A stretch of DNA of 64,000 nt, from contig CAWJWJ010000001.1 of the NCBI GenBank assembly GCA_963846575.1, positions 608,001 through 672,000 on the forward strand, in the 5' to 3' direction. This document shows, piece by piece, positions 1-8,723 of this stretch (positions are counted from its first letter, which is position 1; each line of letters begins with the position of its first letter). This DNA is from an uncultured Nitrospiraceae bacterium (lineage in GTDB: Bacteria; Nitrospirota; Nitrospiria; Nitrospirales; Nitrospiraceae). The notes beneath the pieces are model-generated. The model saw nothing but the letters and a program-made list of their open reading frames with translations, was not told the DNA's origin and ran no database searches. The position numbers and the translations under genes were made by a program.

Positions 1-2
1 TG

Positions 3-968
3 GAAGTGCTCTTCGTCCGCCACGGGTTCCTCGGCCTGGCCAACAACTGGATCGATGCCGTATCCGAGGAAGACACGCGCGGGATGAGCAGTCACGCCAG
101 CAGTCCGATCGGAAGCAGCCGCTTCGAGGACTTCAAGGACGAGCAGGTGCAGCATGCCGCCATGCGTTCGCTGACTGCCTATCGAGACGACTCTGCCCTC
201 ATCGTACTGGGCGGCGATGGAAGCCTGCGCGGCGCCAGGGCCATGTACGAAACGTTCGGTATGCAGGTCGTCGGCATTCCCGGGACGATCGACAACAATA
301 TCGCCGGCACGACCTCATTGGGATTTCATTCAGCGGTGGCACTTGCGAATCAATCGATCGAATCCCTCAAGGCCACCAGCGCCGCTATGGGCAGCATTTT
401 CTTTGTGGAAGTCATGGGGGCCGGGTCCGGCCACCTGGCGCTGGCCTGTGCCTATCAAGCACGGGCGGAAGGTATTTTGGTCAACGAGCATCCCGATCCG
501 GATGCCTACATCGAGGAAATCGTCCTGGGTACGTTGAAACACACGTTGGGCGTCCCCAACAAGAGTCACATTTTCGTGGTGGCGGAGCGAACTCCCCATC
601 GGCATCACCGGGAAGGCGGAGTCCATGGTTTGGTGGATTACGTCGCGAACACCATCGCGAAATGGCCTGTGCGACGGTCACAGTCCGTCCACTATTCCCT
701 GGCCTCGGCCACGAAGGCCACGATTCTCGGGCATACGCTCCGAGGGGCGCCACCGACGCCGGAAGACAAAATGATTGCCCAGCATCTGGCCTATGAAACC
801 GTGCGCCGGCTCGTCGAGCAACCGGAAACCATTGTCGGCTGCATGGTGGCGTACCGGGACTCGACGACGCTTGAAACCATTCCCCTGCATGCCCTCTCCC
901 CCAAGCCTTTCGATTGGGAATTGTTTACCCGCATGCATGGGTCGGAGTTGCCTTTCGAAAAAGTGTGA
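3..968 (+). CDS. pfkA: 6-phosphofructokinase-family protein, 5'-truncated by the window edge
   Basis: Motifs GGDGS, PGTIDNN, VEVMG, LGHTLRG. The frame is open to the window start. Confidence 0.85.
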   Translation, partial: EVLFVRHGFLGLANNWIDAVSEEDTRGMSSHASSPIGSSRFEDFKDEQVQHAAMRSLTAYRDDSALIVLGGDGSLRGARAMYETFGMQVVGIPGTIDNNIAGTTSLGFHSAVALANQSIESLKATSAAMGSIFFVEVMGAGSGHLALACAYQARAEGILVNEHPDPDAYIEEIVLGTLKHTLGVPNKSHIFVVAERTPHRHHREGGVHGLVDYVANTIAKWPVRRSQSVHYSLASATKATILGHTLRGAPPTPEDKMIAQHLAYETVRRLVEQPETIVGCMVAYRDSTTLETIPLHALSPKPFDWELFTRMHGSELPFEKV

Positions 969-1007
969 GATGGGGCCGACGCCACCGCCACAGAGGATCA
1001 GGCCACG

Positions 1008-1039
1008 TTGACCCCTCCCATGCGACATGCTAGGGTCAA
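1008..1039 (+). promoter_or_regulatory. sigma70-type promoter of the RNase-barstar pair, overlapped by an inverted repeat
   Basis: TTGACC(1008)-17 nt-TAGGGT(1031) with extended -10 TG. Inverted repeat TTGACCC/GGGTCAA at 1008-1014 and 1033-1039. Confidence 0.45.
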
Positions 1040-1070
1040 TACTTGTTGAAGCGAGGAGGCGTTATTCAGC

Positions 1071-1529
1071 ATGCCTGTTCGAGACTTCATCGGATTGCTG
1101 CTGTGGCTGTGCGTCGCCGTGTTTGTTCACCTGGACGTCCCCTTCGCAGCGGCTGATGCAACCGTCCAGGATCTCCCGGTCCAGACAGTCCCACCCGTGC
1201 CAGCCGACAAGCCTGACCCGTCACACGATGGGGTAGGCGCCAAGTCCGGGGTTCAGGCATCCGGTCCGGCAGTGACCGTTCCAGAGGCGGCGCAGCAGAC
1301 GCTCAAAGCCCTCGAAGCCCGTCACGGTAATCCCTTGCCCGGTTATGTCGGGGGACGCACCTTTCGGAATCGCGAACACGCGCTTCCCCGTGGCCGGTAC
1401 CGGGAATACGACGTGCACCCCAAGGTGCCCGGAAAAAATCGAGGACCGGAACGGATCGTCATCGAGCAGCGCACCGGCAAAGCCTTCTACACCGCGGATC
1501 ACTACCGCTCATTTATTCCAATGAATTGA
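1071..1529 (+). CDS. secreted guanyl-specific ribonuclease (barnase/RNase Sa family)
   Basis: Signal peptide. GGRTFRNRE..LP..RYREYDV..RGPERIV..FYTADHY.SF. RBS GAGGAGG. Confidence 0.9.
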   Translation: MPVRDFIGLLLWLCVAVFVHLDVPFAAADATVQDLPVQTVPPVPADKPDPSHDGVGAKSGVQASGPAVTVPEAAQQTLKALEARHGNPLPGYVGGRTFRNREHALPRGRYREYDVHPKVPGKNRGPERIVIEQRTGKAFYTADHYRSFIPMN

Positions 1530-1535
1530 GGATAC

Positions 1536-2075
1536 ATGTCGATCATCGCGCTCCAATCGATCAAGAAGCCGTGGGCGCATCTCCTGGTGCATCCCGAGGG
1601 ACAGACACTCGAGAAGATTCTATCGGTCCCTGCGCATTTCGTGATCAAGACCGTCTCCGGCAAGAAATGCAGAACAAAAGCAGGGCTCCTGGACGAATTC
1701 AGCCGTATCTTTTCCTTTCCGGAATACTTCGGCCATAACTGGGACGCACTCGAGGAATGTCTGGCTGATCTCGAGTGGCTTCCGGCGAAGGGCTATCTGA
1801 TCGTGGTGACGGAGGCCGATCAAGTGCTGACGAAGCCAGATGAGGAAGATGACTTCGAAACGTTCGTCGAAATTTTGAGCGAAGCCGGAGAAGCCTGGAG
1901 CCTCAGGGAGTCTGACGAGGCGACCGGAAACGGCCTTCCTTTCCACGCCGTGCTGGCCGTGGCCGACAGCCATAAGCGCGCCCGGCACAACTGGTTCGCC
2001 CCTCCATTAGTGATGGACCGCAAGACCGCAAGCCCTCCGCCATCCAAGGGATCGAAGAAACAGACTCATAAGTAG
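1536..2075 (+). CDS. barstar-family ribonuclease inhibitor
   Basis: YFGHNWDALEECLADLEW motif. Starts 6 nt after the RNase stop. Confidence 0.9.
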   Translation: MSIIALQSIKKPWAHLLVHPEGQTLEKILSVPAHFVIKTVSGKKCRTKAGLLDEFSRIFSFPEYFGHNWDALEECLADLEWLPAKGYLIVVTEADQVLTKPDEEDDFETFVEILSEAGEAWSLRESDEATGNGLPFHAVLAVADSHKRARHNWFAPPLVMDRKTASPPPSKGSKKQTHK

Positions 2076-2336
2076 CGGGCGTTCTCGACGCGGAGCAGAC
2101 CCTGCCGATCTCGCCGCAACAGGTCCCGCAGGGTCCTGGCGTGGCGTTGGTAACCCGATCGGCAACGCAGGGCGGAGTCGTTCGAACGCCGCGAGCGTCC
2201 GAATAGCAGCAGGACATTCAGGCATGATGATCGATCCGCTGGAGTTCCGCGGCAAGGTTCCGGAAAGAAACATGATGGAGAGGGAGTCGAATTGCTTGCG
2301 AGTAGAGGTCGCGCAGGATATGTAGCGGTCCGGAAA

Positions 2337-2564
2337 CTACCGTCTCAATGAGCCGAGTCCCCAATGTGTCAGTTTCCGACAGACCCGGCGCAAATACGAG
2401 AGCAGCCATAGCCGGGAATCGACGACTTTTCCCACTCCCGTTCTCAGCGACGTGAAATGATCCCCACAGAGCCCATGCGTTTCCCTGGGATCATCCAATG
2501 GCAACTTGTGACGCAGAAACGACGGCCTACCGTCCCGCACACACCAAGCGCACAACACTTTCAC
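2337..2564 (-). CDS. small putative Zn-binding protein (CAWC...THGLCGDH), 75 aa
   Basis: GTG start at 2564 with GGAG RBS. Clear paralog of 2858-3088. Confidence 0.7.
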   Translation of the reverse strand: MKVLCAWCVRDGRPSFLRHKLPLDDPRETHGLCGDHFTSLRTGVGKVVDSRLWLLSYLRRVCRKLTHWGLGSLRR

Positions 2565-2612
2565 GGCTGGACTCCACTCAAAGGGGTTTCTCGACCATTG
2601 AACTTCTCCTAG

Positions 2613-2628
2613 GGCAAGACTCGCGCCA
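2613..2628 (-). promoter_or_regulatory. sigma54 -24/-12 promoter
   Basis: TGGCGCGAGTCTTGCC (GG-N10-GC) about 50 nt upstream of the 2564 start. Confidence 0.6.
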
Positions 2629-2857
2629 TTGCATGGTGAGAGCGATGGCACGCAATCATTTCGATAGCATACCGCCCCGGTTCCAGAAGGATATCACCTG
2701 TTCCAAGCATGGCCGGCGTGACATTACGGCAATGATTGACGCTTTTTGGCTACAGAATCCGATGGCGGCTGCACCAAAGCCGCCTGCCGCCCGGTTGTAC
2801 TGCGGTCGCGGGACTGGCCAGCACTCGTATCGACAACACACGGTCAATGGAGGCTGG

Positions 2858-3088
2858 TCATTCAACACGGGTCACCGCCGCGGAGGGCACCTGGCTAATA
2901 AGGACTGCTTGATAGCGTCCTGAGGTCTTGTCGCCATCGCGAGGAATCTGCGGCTCCCGGCCGTTGCCCAACTGTTGGAGGTGGATGACACAGATGCCGT
3001 GCGTCTCACGTACATCCCAGAGAGGAGCCTTCTCTCGCAGGAACCCGACCTGTCCCTCGCTCTTGCACCATGAACAGATGACCTTCAT
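2858..3088 (-). CDS. small putative Zn-binding protein (CSWC...THGICVIH), 76 aa
   Basis: ATG at 3088 with strong RBS GGAGGAGG. Paralog of 2337-2564. Confidence 0.75.
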   Translation of the reverse strand: MKVICSWCKSEGQVGFLREKAPLWDVRETHGICVIHLQQLGNGREPQIPRDGDKTSGRYQAVLISQVPSAAVTRVE

Positions 3089-3123
3089 CGCCTCCTCCCC
3101 ACCCACGGTGATGCACGGTGTTG

Positions 3124-3139
3124 AGCAAAAGCTACGCCA
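3124..3139 (-). promoter_or_regulatory. sigma54 -24/-12 promoter
   Basis: TGGCGTAGCTTTTGCT (GG-N10-GC) 35 nt upstream of the 3088 start. Confidence 0.65.
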
Positions 3140-3320
3140 GCGGGTAAAGATCGATCATTCACGGCAATCCCGGGTTGTCTTGCGTGATTTCATCAACCGA
3201 ATGATCGCCTCTGTTTCGGATGAGATACCTGCCCCTATCCAATCCTGGACAATCAGTAGGGGCTCTCCCTGAGAGATGTGTCGTCCGGGTCTTCCCTCAT
3301 GGCTCGATGCCCGGTCGCAA

Positions 3321-3350
3321 TTGACCGTTTTGAATTTCCCATGGTAGGTT
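3321..3350 (+). promoter_or_regulatory. sigma70-type promoter of hemL
   Basis: TTGACC-18 nt-TAGGTT with extended -10 TG. Confidence 0.45.
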
Positions 3351-3386
3351 GGCCCCCCAGTCTCACCGGCGTGATGAAAGAGGCCC

Positions 3387-4670
3387 ATGAAAACAGAACG
3401 ATCCGAACAACTTTTCGCAGAATCGCAACAAGTCATTCCCGGCGGAGTGAACAGCCCTGTGCGAGCCTTTCGCTCGGTCGGCGGCCATCCCCTCTTCATC
3501 GCCCGCGCCAAGGGCTCGCGGCTGTACGACGTCGATGGGAACAGCTACATCGACTACGTGCTCTCCTGGGGACCGATGATCCTAGGCCATGCGCCCGTCA
3601 CCGTCACCAAAGCCATTCAACAGGCCGCCGCGAACGGGACAAGTTATGGCGCGCCGACGGAGCTGGAGATCCAGCTCGCGACCATGATTCGTGAAGCCCT
3701 GCCGTCCATGGAGCAGGTCCGTCTGGTGAGTTCAGGGACAGAAGCAGTCATGAGCGCCGTGCGAGTCGCCCGTGCCTACACGAAGCGCGACGGCATCCTG
3801 AAGTTTGAAGGTTGCTACCACGGCCACAGCGACTATCTGCTCGCGAAAGCCGGGTCGGGGTTAGCCACCCTGGGGATTCCCGACTGTCCCGGCGTGCCGG
3901 AGGATTTCACGAAACACACGTTGACGGCGCCCTATAACAATGTTCAGGCGCTCACGCAGCTCATTAAGAAGCATGAACGCCAACTGGCCTGCGTCATTGT
4001 GGAACCCATTGCCGGCAACATGGGAGTGGTTCCACCTTCGCCGGAATTCCTGCAGGCGCTGCGCAAGCTGACGGATGCGCACGGCATGTTGTTGATTTTC
4101 GACGAAGTCATCTCGGGATTCCGCGTGCAATACGGCGGGGCGCAAACACTATTCGGCATCAAGCCCGATCTCACGATCCTGGGCAAGATTATCGGCGGCG
4201 GCCTTCCGGTGGGAGCCTACGGCGGTGCGAAGGACATCATGAAGATGATCGCCCCATCCGGCCCTGTCTATCAGGCAGGAACGTTGTCAGGCAATCCACT
4301 GGCGGTGACGGCCGGGATCGAAACATTGAAGCGTCTGAAGAAACCCGGCGTTTATGAACAACTTGAACAACGGTCAGCCGAGATGGCCGACGGGCTGGGA
4401 CAAGCGGCCAAGCAAGCGGGCGTGCCGCTCACGCAAACCCGTGTCGGCTCGATGATGGGTGCGTTCTTTACGCCCGGACCGGTGGTGGACTGGGGGACAG
4501 CCAAGAAATGCGACACGAAGGCCTACGCGAAGTTCTTTCACCAGATGCTGGCGGCGGGCATTTATCTCGCTCCGTCACAGTTCGAAGCGGCGTTCATGTC
4601 CCTCGCCCATTCACCACGCGACATCGAACGCACCATCAAAGCCGCACAAGCGGCGTTCAAGAATCTCTAG
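3387..4670 (+). CDS. hemL: glutamate-1-semialdehyde 2,1-aminomutase
   Basis: PGGVNSPVRAF, SGTEA, FDEV, GKIIGGGLPVGA, AGTLSGNP, PSQFEA. Confidence 0.97.
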   Translation: MKTERSEQLFAESQQVIPGGVNSPVRAFRSVGGHPLFIARAKGSRLYDVDGNSYIDYVLSWGPMILGHAPVTVTKAIQQAAANGTSYGAPTELEIQLATMIREALPSMEQVRLVSSGTEAVMSAVRVARAYTKRDGILKFEGCYHGHSDYLLAKAGSGLATLGIPDCPGVPEDFTKHTLTAPYNNVQALTQLIKKHERQLACVIVEPIAGNMGVVPPSPEFLQALRKLTDAHGMLLIFDEVISGFRVQYGGAQTLFGIKPDLTILGKIIGGGLPVGAYGGAKDIMKMIAPSGPVYQAGTLSGNPLAVTAGIETLKRLKKPGVYEQLEQRSAEMADGLGQAAKQAGVPLTQTRVGSMMGAFFTPGPVVDWGTAKKCDTKAYAKFFHQMLAAGIYLAPSQFEAAFMSLAHSPRDIERTIKAAQAAFKNL

Positions 4671-4793
4671 ATCATTACGCCTGCTCACCAGGCGGGCGGT
4701 GGGGCGCTTACCGACCGTATCAAAACCGATACGCCAGGTGCCCATTCGGATACAGGACGAAGCCGGGAATCGTACTCGGCGTAGGCACAGCAG

Positions 4794-4900
4794 GATGCTC
4801 AAAACGGCTCCCCAGCAAGTCCGCAGCGAGCGCACACCCGAGCGGTACATTGCAGGCACAAATGGGGCGCGAACGATGCTGGGGACCGTTTTCAGCATGC
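4794..4900. repeat. non-coding ~107-bp element with imperfect terminal inverted repeats (REP/MITE-like)
   Basis: GATGCTCAAAACGGCTCCCCAGCA (4794-4817) versus TGCTGGGGACCGTTTTCAGCATGC (4877-4900), lying between convergent genes. Confidence 0.65.
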
Positions 4901-4904
4901 AAAT

Positions 4905-5138
4905 CTATTCGTCGTCGTCCTCGTCCTCCGCATCCAATACTTCCTGGCGCTTCTGCTCTTCCATTGCGTTGTGCAGGAGCATGCGGACAAACATCGAATA
5001 GAGCGACCCTTTTTCCAGGGTGCCACCGGGAGGTATCGCGATCTTCCCTTCCTTGATCATGCGATCCATCCAGGCTTTCTGGTCCGGAGCGATCAGGATC
5101 GGGACCTCGACCAGACCCACTTTTCCAAACATATCCAT
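4905..5138 (-). CDS. small hypothetical protein with acidic C-terminus, 77 aa
   Basis: ATG at 5138 with GGAGAG RBS. Protein-like composition. Confidence 0.7.
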   Translation of the reverse strand: MDMFGKVGLVEVPILIAPDQKAWMDRMIKEGKIAIPPGGTLEKGSLYSMFVRMLLHNAMEEQKRQEVLDAEDEDDDE

Positions 5139-5285
5139 ATGGGACTCTCCTATGGTGCGTGGGTGCTTAATGACAAGAGCGAATGGCACAGGCTATCAGC
5201 CCTCGGCCATGCGTTTCCCATCCGAAGGGGCATTTGAGCATGCGGTTTTTCGGCTTGTCAACCGCGGAGGCCTACACTTCCCCGA

Positions 5286-5301
5286 TGGCACGGAGCCTGC
5301 T
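5286..5301 (+). promoter_or_regulatory. sigma54 -24/-12 promoter candidate
   Basis: TGGCACGGAGCCTGCT, 34 nt upstream of the thermonuclease ATG. Confidence 0.55.
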
Positions 5302-5335
5302 TTGTCTTTCCTCGCCAACAAGGAGGACAGCGCAC

Positions 5336-5965
5336 ATGTTAAACAGATTCGTACCGGGTTCCCGCTTTCTGAGCCCGTTGACCTGCTTCCTCCTCGTCGC
5401 CTCGCCGGTCGCACCGGCCGCCGGTGTGGTGGAAGAGAGTCGCTCCACGCTTCACACCTATGCGCCGTCAGTTCCAGGCGGCCCGATCCCGTTTCATTGC
5501 AACGACTGTTGGGATCTGAGGCCCGAAACTGGCCAGCCACTGCCTCAGCATCAGGCTCCGCGTTATCGACGTGGTCATCATGACCGAGGCCTTCGTCCGC
5601 ACAAGCACCCTTTCGCCAAAAAGTCGCGTGTTCATAACAGAGGGCTTCGATTGCTCCATCGACATGCCCTGTCACTGGGAGGCTTTGAACGCACCCTTCA
5701 ACCCTGGCAAATACGCGCCGTGGACGGAGACACGATTCGTTTTGGCAGGGACCGCATTCGCATCCGCGGATACAACGCCCCGGAGCTGTCGGAACCGGGA
5801 GGCTGGGACGCCGCAATCCGACTCGAGCGGCTGCTGCGGGAAGGCCCGATTACGATCCTACCGCATGGCCACGATGTCTACGGCCGGACGTTGGCCGATG
5901 TCTTCGTGAATGGACACAATGTGGCGGAGCCCATGATTGCCGAGGGATACGCGAGAAGGGGATAG
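5336..5965 (+). CDS. secreted thermonuclease (SNase-like) family protein
   Basis: RBS AAGGAGG. Signal-like N-terminus. VDGDT, RIRGYNAPE, DVYGRTLA. Confidence 0.85.
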   Translation: MLNRFVPGSRFLSPLTCFLLVASPVAPAAGVVEESRSTLHTYAPSVPGGPIPFHCNDCWDLRPETGQPLPQHQAPRYRRGHHDRGLRPHKHPFAKKSRVHNRGLRLLHRHALSLGGFERTLQPWQIRAVDGDTIRFGRDRIRIRGYNAPELSEPGGWDAAIRLERLLREGPITILPHGHDVYGRTLADVFVNGHNVAEPMIAEGYARRG

Positions 5966-6102
5966 CGCGCGTCCATCGTCACTCCAGGGTTGTTGGCCAT
6001 CCAGACAGGCCGGCCGCGCTACCCTGAGCCTGCCGACCCGGCAGAGATGGACCGCGAGGCCACAGGAACGGACGCGGGGGCACGTATTCCCGGGTAGCCT
6101 CA

Positions 6103-6131
6103 TTGACAGAAGCTCAAGAGAGGCTGAGAAT
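6103..6131 (+). promoter_or_regulatory. sigma70-type promoter candidate
   Basis: TTGACA-17 nt-GAGAAT upstream of the VOC gene. Confidence 0.4.
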
Positions 6132-6239
6132 CTTTGCAAGTCCCGCCGAAGAATGCGAAGGTGTTGGGAGAGGCCGCCACTGAATGCCAGGCTCCCCTCA
6201 CCCGTCAACTGTCCGTCCGCAATCGCAACGGAGAATTCT

Positions 6240-6590
6240 ATGAAGGTGCGCCGTATTGTCGCCAACATTCAGGCGTCTGACCACGCGAAGGCCGAGCGGT
6301 TCTACCGGGACCTCCTTGGCCTTGACGTGCTGATGGATCTCGGCTGGATACAGACATTTGGCTCGAGTAACACCATGACCGTCCAAGTGAGCGTCATGTC
6401 AGAAGGAGGCTCCGGAACTCCTGTGCCTGATCTATCGATTGAGGTCGAGGATCTTTCCGCTGCGCTCGACAAAGTCAAGAAAGCCGGCATTGCGATGGAA
6501 TACGGACCGGTCGACGAGCCTTGGGGAGTCCGCCGCTTTTACATTCGGGACCCTTTCGGCAAGCTACTGAATATCCTGGAACATCGGTAA
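6240..6590 (+). CDS. VOC/glyoxalase/bleomycin-resistance family protein
   Basis: FY.DLLGL, PDLSIEV, EPWGVRRFYIRDPFG. Confidence 0.9.
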   Translation: MKVRRIVANIQASDHAKAERFYRDLLGLDVLMDLGWIQTFGSSNTMTVQVSVMSEGGSGTPVPDLSIEVEDLSAALDKVKKAGIAMEYGPVDEPWGVRRFYIRDPFGKLLNILEHR

Positions 6591-7034
6591 CGGGCGCTCA
6601 CAGGCCGCGACCCATCCGCTCACGCAAACCCACGTCATGAACCGGCGCGCCGTAATTCCGGTAGCCCGGGTCGGCTGGCATAATGCGACGCTGTTCTTAA
6701 CTGCCTCGCTGTCATTCCCGAACAGACAGCCTGGCCGGCGCAGCACTCCGCGTCGCGCATCGAGGGCAAGCCCGAGATTCCCCTGTGAGAAATCAAGAGG
6801 CCAAAGCCTTCGTCATACGCCTGGTTTGATTCGGACCGGCAAGCGAGTACAATTCCCCCCACGCCCCCGACGCAACCGGCAGTGCCCCTCTTTGCCAGCT
6901 GCACTGGATGTTCATATATTTCGTCCAAGAATCTCCACGCTCAACCGATCACCTAACAGAGAATCGTGCCACCGTCGCAGGGGGCTACACTCCCGCGCGA
7001 TCAGGCCTACCGCACCCCGGAAGGAGCCCAACTC

Positions 7035-8297
7035 ATGAATGATCGAATACGCTTTCTGCTGAACCGCGTGAAGGAACGGCTCTGGGTCCGGCCACTCGCG
7101 ATGTGCCTTCTGTCCGTAGCGGGAGCCTACCTGGCGAAGATGGCAGACTATGCCAACATCGATCGCTTCGTGCTGGACATAACGCCCGATTCTCTGGAGA
7201 CCCTGCTCAAAATCATATCCGCAAGCATGCTGGTAATCGCCACCTTCGCGGTCGCCTCCATGGTATCTGCCTTCGCATCCGCGAGCAGCACCGCCACACC
7301 CCGATCGTTCTCTCTCGTCGTCTCCGACGACGTGTCTCAGAATGCGCTCTCCACTTTCATCGGCGCGTTCATCTTCAGCATCATCGCGTTGATCGCCTTG
7401 AAAAACGGCTACTACGACACAGTCGGCCGGTTTGCGCTCTTCACCCTGACCTTGATTGCATTCGCCGTCGTAATTCTAACTTTCGTGGCGTGGGTGGATC
7501 GTATCGCGCGCCTCGGACGCCTCGGAGCCACCATCGACAAGGTGGAGAGGGCGGCGATGGCCGCATTTAAACAGCGTCGATCCGCACCGACGCTGCGCGG
7601 TCTGCCTCTGGTGGGACATCAGCACGGTGGTGCCGCCGTGTATGCGGATTCGATCGGGTATGTCCAACGCATCGATGTCAACGCCCTGCAGCGCCAGGCG
7701 GAAAAATCCCAACTGCGCATCACGGTGGCGGCTCTGCCCGGCACGTTCGCCGCGCCAAACCGTGCGCTGGCCTACGTCATGGCAGACCCGGGCAACCTCA
7801 TGGAGATCGAATCCAACCAGATTGCCGCTGCGTTCACCATCGGACACGACCGGGTCTTCGACGAAGATCCGCGATTCGGTCTGGTCGTGTTGTCAGAGAT
7901 TGCCAGTCGGGCGCTCTCACCTGCGGTCAACGATCCCGGAACCGCGATCGACATCCTCGGGACCTTGATCAGACTGTTTGCCTTCTGGAACGAACCGCTG
8001 AAAGACGGTGATAAGCAGCCGACTGACTGCGATCGCGTGGCGGTGCCGGAACTCTCTATGCGGGATCTGTTCGACGACGCCTTCACCGGCATTGCCCGGG
8101 ACGGCGCCGGCTCCATCGAAGTTGTGGTACGGCTGCAGAAAGCCCTGGCGTCGCTCGCATGGATCGGCAGCGCGACCATGCGGGAGAGCGCGACTCACCA
8201 CGGCCGGCTCGCCCTGGCCAGGGCGGAGAAGGCGCTCCAGCTACCGGAGGATGTAGAGGTGGCGCGACAGCTGGCGGCCTTCGCCAAGATGGGCTGA
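7035..8297 (+). CDS. DUF2254-type membrane protein
   Basis: RBS AAGGAG. Four TM segments, TPR motif, ALSPAVNDPGTA. Confidence 0.85.
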   Translation: MNDRIRFLLNRVKERLWVRPLAMCLLSVAGAYLAKMADYANIDRFVLDITPDSLETLLKIISASMLVIATFAVASMVSAFASASSTATPRSFSLVVSDDVSQNALSTFIGAFIFSIIALIALKNGYYDTVGRFALFTLTLIAFAVVILTFVAWVDRIARLGRLGATIDKVERAAMAAFKQRRSAPTLRGLPLVGHQHGGAAVYADSIGYVQRIDVNALQRQAEKSQLRITVAALPGTFAAPNRALAYVMADPGNLMEIESNQIAAAFTIGHDRVFDEDPRFGLVVLSEIASRALSPAVNDPGTAIDILGTLIRLFAFWNEPLKDGDKQPTDCDRVAVPELSMRDLFDDAFTGIARDGAGSIEVVVRLQKALASLAWIGSATMRESATHHGRLALARAEKALQLPEDVEVARQLAAFAKMG

Positions 8298-8684
8298 GCA
8301 GGCCTCACGGTCGTCAGGAGTCACCCGTAGCGGGACAAGATTTCAGGTCTTGGCCGGACGGTCTGAACCATGGGGGGAGCGACGTCCCGAGCGAGCGTGG
8401 AGCGCATCGCCTTCAGGGAAACACGAAGGATGGTATTCAGCTGCGCGTGACCGCGATGTGTGTCGATGTTGAGGAAATGGACTCGCTCGCCGATCGGCAT
8501 AGACTCGCACCTCCGCCTCAGGTCCTGGAATCGTTGAGTAGAAATCACCCTCCGTATCCGTTTCGATACGCCGCGGTATCGCTTCTGATACTGCGCTGAA
8601 CCACCCTTGCACATTGGCACGGCGCTGGTTCGCCAATCCTCTCAGAACTTGAGCTCACCCTAATAGTATTCCGTTTCTGAGACC

Positions 8685-8700
8685 GGGCATCCGTTTTGCT
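8685..8700 (+). promoter_or_regulatory. sigma54 -24/-12 promoter candidate
   Basis: GGGCATCCGTTTTGCT (GG-N10-GC) just upstream of ORF 8724. Confidence 0.45.
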
Positions 8701-8723
8701 CAGTCTAGGTAGCAAGAACCGGA

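Noticed and set aside
6793..6915. ORF MNIQCSWQ... as a third, decayed copy of the CxWC microprotein family
   Set aside because: Only the first seven residues resemble the family. The second Cys and HGxC are absent in frame, and the RBS is weak.
8298..8680. Pseudogene remnant in the intergenic region after the DUF2254 gene
   Set aside because: No recognisable protein motif in any frame I read.
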